The notes beneath the pieces are model-generated. The model was given only the letters and a program-made list of their open reading frames with translations. It did not search any database and was not told the origin of the DNA. A stretch of 64,000 nucleotides of DNA from assembly GCF_003704095.1 (NCBI RefSeq), contig NW_020846475.1:310001-374000 (forward strand), read 5' to 3'. Made by a program: the position numbers and the translations under genes. Shown here piece by piece: positions 26,301 through 37,300 of this stretch. The DNA comes from Pocillopora damicornis (lineage: Eukaryota). Positions within the stretch are counted from its first letter, which is position 1, and every line of letters starts with the position of its first letter.

Positions 26301-29300
26301 TTGTTTCCAAGTCTTGCCATTTTCTTGATCTCTGCTTCCTAAGAGCATAATAAAAGAAAATGAATGACTCTAAGTGATGAACTGATTGACTGATTGATTG
26401 GCTGATTGGAGGAACAAATGATTAATCAACTGGATGACTGACAGACTAGGTGAATGAAATAGGGAATGAGTGAGTGAAAAATTGAATGAATGATCAACTG
26501 ACTTGATGAATAAATGAATTATAGATAAATAAGAGAGAGAGAGAGAGGCAGGGACCTAGCATTATGAGAAGTTATGATACTAAGATAGGGCATGAACTGA
26601 TGTTTGCATAGGGATTCAACATCATCGTCATCTTTAATTGCCCTATTTTAACAATACAAAAAAATTATTTACAGCATTAACAGCTAGAAGGTGAGGAGAC
26701 CCAGGAAGCCACTGGGCTTATGGGAGAGCCACCTCACTAACAATTATAATAAATCAAATGGAGAAAAAAAAAGTGCTGCAAATGTGTGGCTTGGCCAATT
26801 CAGTGATTATTTCAATAAAAACTCTTGCATTTTTGTCTTACAGCTAAAGTAGGTTTGACAAGCAAGTGACTGAAACAGGAAGAGAGTTCCAAATTTTAGG
26901 ACCTTGGTAGAGAATTGTAAATTGCTTGAGATTTGTACAGCACAAATGTGCTTGATAATTACTGGCTGTTCTGGTACCCTGTTGTGAATTTGGCTATTCA
27001 TTACAAAAAGATTGAAAAGCAATGGGGGAAATAAGTTATTTTTAAAATAAAACATAAATTTGGCAATTTCAAACGTATTGACTTGGAAAATATCTAAAAT
27101 TCTTTGATTGGAGAATAAAGAAGTGGACTGGGCTTGATAGTCTGAGTTAGTGATAGCCTGCACAGCTTGCTTTTGCAAGAAATAAATTTTATTTAAGTTA
27201 AATTTGGATAGATAATTGATTTTAATCAATTATTTGTCTCACCAGTTGTTTTTCTTGCCTCTCAAGAGCATTTTGATCCCTGGCTAATTCCCTCTGTGTT
27301 CTGTTCAGTTGCCTTTTCTGTTGTCTCATTTGTTCTTTAATCAAAAATGATTTAAATCAATTATCAAGAAAGATTTAGTTAATATACACAAACACATAAA
27401 AAATAGTGATATGAACCAGCATTCCAGGGTCTTCATGATGCCATTGTCAAGGTAAATGTTAGGGTAATGAATTCTGTGAGTATTGACAACTCCAGTAAAT
27501 TTACATGATAAAGAATGCAAGATTTAATAACAGAAATACTTTAACATGGATTGAGTCCAATTGCACATTCAGAGTTGCTTCTAGTTCTCTGATGAATAAC
27601 ATCTCATGCACTAAGCAATCAAATATATTTTTACATTTCTTTAAAACATAAAAGTGCCTCAGTAGGTCTTCAGAGACCATGCCATGTTTGTCTTGGTACT
27701 GTTTATATAAAGAAGATGACCATTGTTTATGTCCAACCACATGTACATGTAAGTGTACATGCGTATAGCCCACATAACCTGCATCACACAAGTCACATTG
27801 AAAACGATAAACAACACATTGTTGGCCTACAATCTGTGGCTTTTTCTCTTCCACTTTTAGGTGTCGGTTAATTTTACAGCTAACAAACACGGGTTGGACA
27901 GTTGTTTGTACTTGTAGGCTGAGGTCCTTGAGCTGTTTCTTGACATAATTTGCTGATTCTTGGTCCTTGATTGGTATGAACACCGGAACAATGGCCCTCT
28001 GTTCTTTTAGCACCTGTGAGGAGTGTTGGTCTGCTACTCTTGAATGAACAAAATTGTTGATGGTGGAATTAATCAGACATTTTGGGTATTTAAGTCTTGA
28101 AAAAAATTTCTTTAGGCAATCACACTCATCAGAGAAATATGTCCAAGAGGAAGATAATTGGTGTGTGTGATCAAGCATGGTTGTCCGTAAGCTTTGTTTG
28201 TAACAATTGTCTACATGGCTTTGATAGTGTAATAGTAGACCTGTTTTAGTTGGTTTTACATAAACATTGCTTTTCACTCAGGCTGCAATTATGGTTGAGT
28301 AGTTGAGTGCCAAGAAAAGGAAGCATGCTGTTCTTTCCTACCTCCACAGTGAATCTGATCAAAGTGTGGACATTATTAAGAGTGCATTGGAAATCAGTTG
28401 CTGTTGGTACATCAAGAATTATGGTGAGTGTGTCATCAACATATCTGAAGTAGAATGAAGGGAGCTGGTAAAGGGTTCCATCATGCTAAAGGGTTTCTTC
28501 AGTAGAGGACATGAGAATTGGCAAATTATGTCAAGAAACAACTCAAGGACCTCAGCCTAAAAGTACAGACAGCTGTCCAACCTTTGTTCATTAGCCGTAA
28601 AATCAACCAACACTTAAAAGTATCATGAACCAACAACACATTGTTTATCATTTTTGATGTGACCTGTGTGAGGTTATGTGGGATATAGGCACACACACTT
28701 ACACATACATGTGAACAGACATAAACAATGGTCATCTTCTATACATAAACACTACAAAGACAAATATAGCAAGGTCCCTGAAGACCTACTGAGGTGCTTC
28801 AACAGGGCATGAAATTGCGCCAAATACAGGCACCATTGTGACTAAATTTTTCACTTTGGCAACCAAATCCTGAAAAGTAATCACCAAACTGGCAACTAGA
28901 ATCATAACCATACCTAGAGATGTAGTGAATTAAAAAGATTTGCAAAGATAAATCCACGGCAAACTTCCTTGTTAAGTTTGTTTCCAAAATGCAGCACATG
29001 CATCTCGGTCTAAAACTATTCACCATCTTGGATTTAGGTGAGCTTGAAATTTGTATATCATCCATCCTAGTGTCCACTTTGTAGAACTTAATTTTGGAGG
29101 GTTTATCTAGAACTCTGATAGCATAAAAAAGAAAGGTTTTTTTTTTCTCTAAAAATGATGATCAATTTTTTTTTTAATTGGCTACCACTTTGAAAAATTT
29201 AGGAGCCAAGTGGCTATCAGAAAAAAAATTAATTTCACACCCTGTTCAATGTTTTAAATAAATGCAAAAATAAATTTGGTTGCTTTGTGCACAAGATATT

Positions 29301-30165
29301 GTTCATCTGAGAACTAAAAGCAACTCTGAACATGCCGTTTGACTCAATCTGTGCTAAAGAATTTCTGTAATTTAACCTTGCATTCTTTATTGTGTACTAC
29401 TTATACTTTACTACAGCGTAACTATACAGCAAGTTGGGAAGGCAACAATCAAAATTATTTTTCAGCATCAACACTTTTAGGATTCAATCAACCTCTAGTT
29501 CTCAACACTTATCAGGGCTTGTTTCATTTGCCAATAAGAAGCGGTAACCATCTGTTGTATCTAACCAAACTTAACAGATGAATCACTTTTACGACGCAAA
29601 CAGCAATTTTTCACGGGTAGCCCTTTTTAAATTTCACAATACCTCTCTCTTGCAGTCCACAGAAGTTATTTTATTTAAAATTCTTTATTCTTGAGTCAAA
29701 AGTTGTGATTAATTTAAATCTCACCTATGGTTGGTAACAGATGTAAAGAAATAATTATGCTAATAACGTAACTGAAAATATATGTATCTGACATTCAGCC
29801 GAACTGGCACGATTGGTCGAAATCATAGTTATACCTGAAAAATTTTGAGACCATCACCGTTAAAATAATAACATGGGAACTGATATACAGGCCATGCGTA
29901 TGAAGCAAGAGCTCGCAAAAAGAAAGAAATTTTCTCAAAATGGTACCCTGTATTTATCAATATAGGTTATATTAGATCTTCTATCCTTTAACATGACAAC
30001 CACAAACAAATCATATACCCTACCTTTCGGATCAGGTTTTTTCCTAAACATTTTGGAGAGATGATGATATATTTCTGTGTCTACAAAAGGCCAGTATTCA
30101 TTTGGCAACCTTTCCTAGTCGAGTTGACGTTACAGCATACTTCTCGTGACGAATCCGTCCGCCAT
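23342..30165 (-). CDS. CHMP2B: Charged multivesicular body protein 2b (ESCRT-III)
   Basis: Exons: 30024-30051 (MFRKKPDPK; possible upstream in-frame ATG at 30165), ~27244-27335 (EQMRQQKRQLNRTQRELARDQNALERQEKQL), ~26297-26338 (EAEIKKMARLGNKQ), ~25750-25902 (LAKQLVNLRKQKTK...KMAGAMSTATK), ~25089-25190, ~24170-24277 (NDTLESILDESGDEEEQDAIVNQVLDEIGIEISGK) and 23342-23458 (MAEAPSA...DADIEEMLAKLKA*). Confidence 0.95.
23568..23711. mobile_element. MITE with ~55-bp inverted arms
   Basis: GGATCAATGTCA..GCAACTGCGCACCTACCCCTCCCC versus GGGGAGGGGTACGTGCGCAGTTGC..TGACATTTATCC. Confidence 0.8.
26375..26548. repeat. Degenerate (TGAN)n tetranucleotide plus (AG)n microsatellite
   Basis: Runs of tgat/tgac/tgaa followed by agagagagagag. 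Confidence 0.7.
26680..27195 (-). mobile_element. 5'-truncated LINE (CR1/L2-like) 3' end
   Basis: The decayed ORF 'LNKIYFLQKQAVQAITNSDYQAQSTSLFSNQRILDIFQVNTFEIAKFMF' is typical of the post-RT C-terminus of CR1/L2 ORF2, and a 3' UTR follows. Confidence 0.75.
27430..28518 (-). mobile_element. Decayed Penelope-like retroelement (RT C-terminus plus GIY-YIG endonuclease)
   Basis: YFRYVDDT-like RT core at about 28430-28455, FLG motif, 'VYVKPTKTGLLLHYQSH', and the GIY-YIG segment 'VVYRFQCDLCDAGYVGYT...H...H...E..I'. Confidence 0.9.
28519..29370 (+). mobile_element. Inverted partial copy of the Penelope 3' (GIY-YIG) region, interrupted by a hAT MITE
   Basis: 'gcaaattatgtcaagaaacaactcaaggacctcagcct...gaagacctactgagg' matches the reverse complement of about 27655-27955. 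Homology resumes after 29250 ('tgttttaaataaatgcaaaaataaatttggttgc...gcaactctgaa'). Confidence 0.85.
28803..29244. mobile_element. hAT-like non-autonomous element with a 5-bp TSD
   Basis: TIRs CAGGGCATGAAATT / AATTTCACACCCTG, flanked by TTCAA on both sides. Confidence 0.8.
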
Positions 30166-30830
30166 GTCAGCTTCCAAAAATAACTCTTCCCCAGTTTTCC
30201 CTCCTCTAAAGAAAATAATCAGAGATTGACGTCATTAACTGAACTCAGGGATATTTTGAGTCACTTTTGAGCTGCTTGTGTTGATGCTGAGGAAAATTCA
30301 TTCTCATTTCTAAGTCTTCTTTATCGAAAACGTGTTGCTCTGGAAACAAGAACTAGGACGTGCCAAAAGCGGGGCGGATAAGAGAAGAAACGAGAGGACA
30401 CTAAGAATATGGTGGGGTCACTCCTTCTATAAAGCGATAGAACGTCGAATTGTTCTTGCCAGCTCAATCGTTTTCGCCGCAGATACAGTTTGAGTAATAA
30501 AATGAGATTTTGCAAGTGAATGCAATGATAATTCACGTCAAAATAAACTAAATGTTTCCGCCTTTTGTCTGATTAGGTCCCAGTTTATCGATCTGTGGAC
30601 GCAGCCAAGAAAAAAAAAGTATTATTTACAGTGGTTGCTAAGCAAATTGAATTTCTAATTCAGTAGCACTATCAGAACAAAGGGAATAATAGGGGTTTCT
30701 GATTTGCATGTTAGTAAGTTAGATTTTCTAAATTTCCTCGCTTAGTTTACAAACAAGGTTCCGTTACTAAACCGTGAGCGCTTTTTGGAAGAGGACAAGA
30801 AGAAACTACACAAAACTTCGTAGTCTCAAA

Positions 30831-31613
30831 ATGGGAGACGAACACCGTCCTTCGAGTCCACCACCGACATATGAAGAGGCCATAAATGATCGTCCACCGC
30901 CGCCATATTCAGAAAATCAGAACTCATTTGCGGTGGGATCAACACATAGGCAAGTTAGCTCGCATGCAGCAACGTGGGCGGATCACTCCAGAGTTTCACC
31001 AATGACCAGAAGCCCGAATAACGTCATAGTAATTCAACCAGGTCAGCGCGAGGGAAACAGTGAGAGAGAAAGACAATTTTCACGTGAATCACAGACAAGT
31101 GCTGTGATCACAACGCAGCCGCGCAAGAAGCGCTTGGGATGTAACTGTCTATGTTCGGCTTTACAGTGTACACCACGTACGTGTGATTGCGAAATATTTT
31201 GCTTCAATTGCTTGGGATTCTTATCATATCTACTCATTTGCGCTCCCGGAGTTTATTTATGCTGGGGGTGCAAAAAAACCTGCCCAGAAACTTTCGGCGA
31301 TTGTTGCACCAGGGAAACTAGGTTCATGGAGAGCTACGACGATCGAGAAGATAGCATAGTCGCTCAAATTTGCTGGTATTGCTTTGGACCGTGTTTTTGT
31401 TTCACGTGTGCTGGAGACAGCGAGGTTTGCCCGCTTACCGATATGTGCGTAAACCGATATGGTGTCCGCTCAGTTTTGAAGAAAATGACGTGTTACTGCG
31501 GAAGTAACAAACTGTGTGATTACAATTTGAATTTCATGGACGAACAAGCGGTTGGTTTTATATGCGACTTTAGGGAAGTGGGATGTTTATGCACAGACGC
31601 TTCGTCAAACTAA
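30831..31613 (+). CDS. Intronless PPxY-containing, Cys-rich putative membrane protein (260 aa)
   Basis: Kozak context aaaATGG. N-terminal PPPTY and PPPPY motifs, VIVIQP and VITTQP segments, about 27 Cys in the C-terminal ~160 aa with a hydrophobic stretch (CLGFLSYLLICAPGVYLCW). AATAAA occurs at the stop and at about 31778. Confidence 0.75.
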   Translation: MGDEHRPSSPPPTYEEAINDRPPPPYSENQNSFAVGSTHRQVSSHAATWADHSRVSPMTRSPNNVIVIQPGQREGNSERERQFSRESQTSAVITTQPRKKRLGCNCLCSALQCTPRTCDCEIFCFNCLGFLSYLLICAPGVYLCWGCKKTCPETFGDCCTRETRFMESYDDREDSIVAQICWYCFGPCFCFTCAGDSEVCPLTDMCVNRYGVRSVLKKMTCYCGSNKLCDYNLNFMDEQAVGFICDFREVGCLCTDASSN

Positions 31614-32246
31614 TAAACAAAAATGTGCGAGATTCCCTATTTAGCGAAAACAAACCTTTTTGCAAAATTAGCTCCTCAGTTTTCATAGAGTCCTCAGAAA
31701 TTTTTTACGGTAAAAATGGACGGTTAAACACGACGTTTCTTCTAAAAAGCATGACGTTAGTCAACAGCTTGAATTGAAATAAATTTCATTTTTGTCGGCA
31801 GTATTGTCGCCACAATCAAGTAAGGATGAATTCTAAGTATTTTCGAGGACACTTTCATCCAAAAACAGGAAAGTTAGAGGTAAAAAAAAGAAGTCAAGTC
31901 ACTGTTTACAACTCTTTAGAATGTCACACAACGTCTACCCAAAATTTTGGCGTTGCGTGATATCCCAAAGAGCGGCTGCAAGGAGGCTACACTTTGTTTT
32001 TTTTTTTTTCTTTGATCTCCTTCGTTGCTCTCTTGTTTGTTCTTATAACGCAAACGTTATCTCCAGAGTGTGTTGCGTAACAGACCAAGCCAAATCAGAA
32101 TTAAAATGGGTGAAATTAAAAAACTCATAAAACATTTTTTTTTAGTGTTATACCACTAGCTTTTCCTCCCACCCCTCCCCAAAAAGACCTAAGTCGACCG
32201 AGAGAGAACGGGCACTAAAATACGTACCGAAGTCGATTGCTTCAAG

Positions 32247-33460
32247 ATGGCGGATCGCTGGGGTAGATTCTCTTATCCCCACGGGCCCAGTCCTACCGAA
32301 GAAAGTCTTAAAATGCAGGTAAAGGCTGTTATTAATATAGAAAAGTGTTCTTTATCAACTATTCCTATCTTGAGTGTCTTTAATAGCGCTTAGTTCTTCC
32401 AAAATGAAACACTTCGTAGGCAAAATATGCTGCCCAATATAAAGCGACGGGAAGGATATATGCACCCGAAGACTGCGCTGCCCTTTTGGTAAGTAAAATT
32501 TCTGTAAGATCTCTCTTTAGTGGCCTCAATTTGTTGAATAATGCTTCCTTTATTCGTAGCACCTTCATGATTTAACTTGTATTGCTTGATGATTATCATC
32601 TAATTGTCCGAAGCATCTAACAAAATGCTGGCGGTAACTTGTGAGAGTGTTCCAAAACATTTCATGCCACAGAAACTGGGAAAAGTATAGACAGCCATGC
32701 AATTCAATTTCATGTAAAGTATACACCCTTTTACGACGATGTCAATGCTGAAAATTCGTTGATCTGTCTTTACAGAAAGATCCAGCTATTGAAAAGTTTG
32801 GTTGGATCAGAGAAAACACCGACCGGTTCTTTAAGTTCAAGCCTCGAAGTGTGCGTAATGCAGTTATTTGGGCCCTGCTTATACCTGGTGCTATGCTTTA
32901 TTTTATCAAGAAGACTCCGGTATGTCAGCTTTCCGTGTCAACATAACAGGATGTCTATTTAATCATCAAGGCAATATACTTGCTTCTACAGGACTTAAAA
33001 TTATCATTGTTTTGGTTGCCATGTTAGAAATTTTTTTTTTTTGCGCTTGAATTTAAAACAAAAGTTGCAGAGTTAGCAGTATGACAGTCATTCAGCAAGT
33101 TGTGTTTCTTCTATAACATGGAATTTATGATGCAAAATAAATTAAATCGACTTTCCATTGCAAGGAAGGAAAACAGATTCTACCCATTCTCCTTATAGTT
33201 ATCCAAGGGCAATAATCTCCTATTTTCATGACCTTGCCCTGTGGACAAAGGTACTTATGCTGGAAATCACTACATCATGCGGACTAAACTCTATTTGCTA
33301 ATTGATCACTTATTTACTATTGAAGGTATTGCTGGAGTATTACAGTACTTTTTTGTAATCATTAGTACTTCAAATTACAGATCAAATGATGTTTTAACCA
33401 TTTCTTTTTTCATTGCAGTATCTTAAGCCTGAGCACTCTGTAACAACTCTCAATGAATGA
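32247..33460 (+). CDS. NDUFB4: NADH:ubiquinone oxidoreductase subunit B15 (NDUFB4-like), 85 aa, 3 exons
   Basis: Exons 32247-32318 (MADRWGRFSYPHGPSPTEESLKMQ), 32776-32919 (KDPAIEKFGWIRENTDRFFKFKPRSVRNAVIWALLIPGAMLYFIKKTP) and 33419-33460 (YLKPEHSVTTLNE*), all phase-0 GT-AG. The DPA..(W)..REN...F.F.P motif followed by one TM helix is the B15 pattern. AATAAA at about 33554. Confidence 0.75.
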
Positions 33461-34243
33461 GGGCATGCTTCTTCAATTGGGATCTCTTTATCAACACACC
33501 TTCTTTTCTTAATGTTGTTAGATCAAATATTGTTAATGTGATCATCTGGTGTAAATAAAGTTTACAAACAAACTGAATTGTTCATGTGTTTAGTTGCTGT
33601 CAGTGGCAATGCATTTGTGATTCAGCACAAGTTTTTAAACTTTGGCCTAGTCACCTATCCAAAACATGAAGCAAAAAAGAGGGACAACATATATTTCATT
33701 TAAAACAGTTCCCATCATGGTAGAAATGAGAGAAGGTCTTCAAGAGAAAGGATCTTATATACAAAATCTGTCAGAAAATCCTATGAAAATAGTCCTTTAA
33801 TTTAGTTGGCCAAAGTACAGAACCAGTGATGCACTCTCTTTAGGTCTGCCCTGTTTCCTATTCTTTCTTGACATACTTACAAGTTTTTTTCTTGAAAAAG
33901 CCAGCAAAGTGGGGGTTTTTGAGTTCCCAATGAAGATGTAGGTATAAAAGCTGAACTCATGAGCTCACAGCTATGAGTCAATGAACTTTTCTTTAAAATA
34001 TGTATTTTTTTCAATGGGAAATGTTCTCTTCTAATTAGTTAATGATCACAGTAAAAACTGTATGTCTCGAACTCAACGAAATTTCCCTATCAATTCAGTC
34101 TTCCTTATATGCATATAATTTCTACCCACCCCTCCCTTACATACTTTAAATGACGCTAAAAAGTTGACAAGTTGAAGATGCGAGAAGCTGGGTCGAGATA
34201 TACCCAGCTGTCTTTGCGAAATACGAATGTGAGTGATTTGGTT

Positions 34244-34257
34244 GTTGCCAAGATAAT
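34244..34257. promoter_or_regulatory. Candidate RFX X-box upstream of CEP126
   Basis: GTTGCCAAGATAAT lies about 140 bp upstream of the proposed ATG of a centrosomal/ciliary gene. Confidence 0.4.
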
Positions 34258-34393
34258 CGCTGAGGTTGCTCGGTTTGGAGGCTACAAATAACGGGTTTAA
34301 TTCCCTTTTGAAATGAATATAAAAATTCAATGAACCGTACGATGGCGGAGTCATCATACTTGCAGCCTTTTGCGGATCTCATGAGGATGTAGC

Positions 34394-37300
34394 ATGTTAA
34401 AGGGCGCTTATTCGTATCCTTTTGGGTGATCGACAGTCGACTGCATACGAATTTTGTTTAGCTTTTTTGTTAAGGAAAATAATAACATGGGTTTGATTGA
34501 TTCCTTCCTCCTCTTTCGAAGTTTTCTGAATAGGTAATACAGAGGCGGGAAAATTACGATTTTATTCCTTGTTCCTTTTACAGTTGTGAGATAACGTTCA
34601 CATGTAACATTTGCACTGAGATCTAATGTTTAAGCTGATTTGTTACCACTCTATAAATCGGCTTCTTTGCGTCTTTTAGAGATGAATTGAAATTATGGCA
34701 TTGGTATATATTGTAAGGGTAGTTTTTAATCTAATTAGATTTTCGTAGCTTTCAAACGCATAGTTGAACTATTAGCGTACCTTCGGTGTCAGCAGACCTT
34801 TGTCTATCGTACATAATTAAACCTGTAAATTCATTCTGTCAACATACGAGGAAAAATATGTAGTGAGGGGCAAATCGTCTGGCAAAGAAAAGTTCCTTTT
34901 TCACCTACATATGCTTGACCAAAAACAACGCAGCTCTTATTTCAAACAGTAATTGTTGTCACTCTTTTTCCCTTGAAGGTAAAATTAAAACAGAAAGCTT
35001 GTAATCAAACAGTTGCTATTTTTACAGTTTTTGATGTATACAAAGTGCTCTCTCTGTCTGAATTTCTCTGAAGGTAGGAATTAGAAGGAATTTAGAGATT
35101 GAGATGCCCATTAACAACTTTTCACATGAAACTCTGTGAATGGTTAAGCAATTTTTCTTTTTAAGTTTAACAAACAGGAAAGCACGTAGTGCAAAAAATG
35201 CGTTCCACAGTGGATTCTAATAGTGACACTTTGTAATCGGAGGACTCTGCGACATTTTGTGTGATTTTCTGTTGTATCATTTTAGATCACAAGTCTGCTT
35301 TGTTGGCATTGACTGATACAGATAATTATTCATCAAAATTTACACTCATTAACAATTAATAGCTTAAGATGATGATCTTTTGTGTTCATCACCACAGCCA
35401 TACTGTTATTGGTTTTAATAACTAAAAATCACAACTCAAAGATTTGTAGTATTCTGTTAAGCAGTTATTTGGTACTACACTGTAAGTCTTATTTCTGTGG
35501 CTTTCAAGCACCAATTCCACTTTTGTTGCATTGATTTGATTTTCTTGTTCCACTACAGCAAATTGAAAATGCTGTACTACTGGTTAGTATAATTATAATA
35601 ATAACATATTAGGTTACCAAGCTTTCAGACACACAACATTTGATATTTAGTCTGATGATAAGGTCATTTTGTAATAAGTTGGTTAACATGCATGCGTTTA
35701 AGTCTAACTTTTGTGTGCTTGTATTTTATTTTATAAGACAACAATCTTTGTATTATGTAGAAAAACTGCTGTAACTTTGTCCTATTTTAAATTACGGTAC
35801 TAATTTTGCCAAACAGTGCCCAAGGATTGAGCATTTTTTTTAACAAAATTAACATTGCAACTTATTAAGAACTTCTCTCAAGATCTAATTTTTTATTTTG
35901 TAATTTTGAACTGGAAAAAAATTGTGTGAAATGAATAGGGATACATCAATGGAAATGTGACATAATTATTGTACTTTACAATTGTTACACTTTGTTTTCA
36001 CTCTCAATTCTTCCAATCATGAAAAAAATGAATGAGGAATATAGGTTGGAACTGTTTCGATTTTTCTTGACCTTATAATGAATGATAAAGGAAGAATTTC
36101 TTTAACACTTTTTATTACTCATAGACTTTATACAATTAGGAGAACAACAATTGTCAGCAGTTTCATTTAATATTTACATGTTGTGGTGTTTTTGCATGGC
36201 ATGTTTTCTTTGACAATTGTGTAGTGACAAATTCAAAAGCATCCAGAAAGAGCGATTGGAAAAATTTAAAGAAGAACAGAAGGATTCTTTGAAATCAAGA
36301 AGTGACAGGGCCAAGGAGCTTTCAAAGGAAACCAATCGTAGGAGAAAGTAAGAAGACTTGAAGTATATTCTCAAGGGTTGTTGGTGGAACAAATTAATTT
36401 ATTTACAATACTGACAATATTGCATCACTCACTAGATAGTACTGTGACTACAGGGTGAAATGTCATCAGTGTTACTGCAATTATTTCACTAAAAATACTG
36501 CATTAAGTTTAGATAATAAGAACTATAGAGAATATTCACAGTGATGTTAGATTGTTAAGGATTATTGAAGATGTAGTTTTTTTACATGACTTAAATCTCA
36601 CAAGTACACCATCACCATGTTTTGATGTGACCTTTTTGTGTTGAAACTCATGCTTTCCTTCATGTTTTCATTTTGAACAACAAAGCGTTCCTAATGGTTT
36701 ATGATAAAAATAGATAAATTTGTCACTGAAGGGTGTTCTGATTGGAGCATAAAAGTTTTTAGGGCATGTTGTTAAATGATGAATATGAATTCTCCATAGA
36801 GCTCTTGAGGATAGGAAAAAGGAACTGCAAAACCATGAGGAACAATTAAGAGACAAAGTCTTGTCAAAGAGGAAACAGGATCAGCAAGAGGCAACACAGA
36901 GATTCCAAAAGGACTCTTTACAAAAGAAGGCACTGAAACAACATGATCTTGTGAATGGACCTAATACAGGTACACCTAGCAATAGAAGTTTAATGTAACT
37001 GATTAGTTATAGAGTGAGGAAGACATTCCAGAAGTCTTGGTAGGTTCTGGGAATCCTGTTGTGGGTCATAAATTTGTTTCTAGTCCCTTGTTTTGGGTTA
37101 CCACCAATTGCAGTCACAAGAGGATTGGAAAGAAGAGGAGAGGCTATGAACTCTTGTTACAGGTGCTCCTATAACCCTTTTAGCTGTAAAGTGACTACAT
37201 CTAATTTCTCCTTACAGAGAAGCTTTGAAGAAGCTCTTGATTGTCAAGCGAGTTTTCTTGTCGGCACCTTAAGAGATGTAGAGAGAACAGTATGGAGAAT

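Noticed and set aside
32247-32318. First exon of CEP126
   Set aside because: Its phase-0 donor cannot join the phase-2 acceptor at 36225, and it splices cleanly into the NDUFB4-like exons instead.
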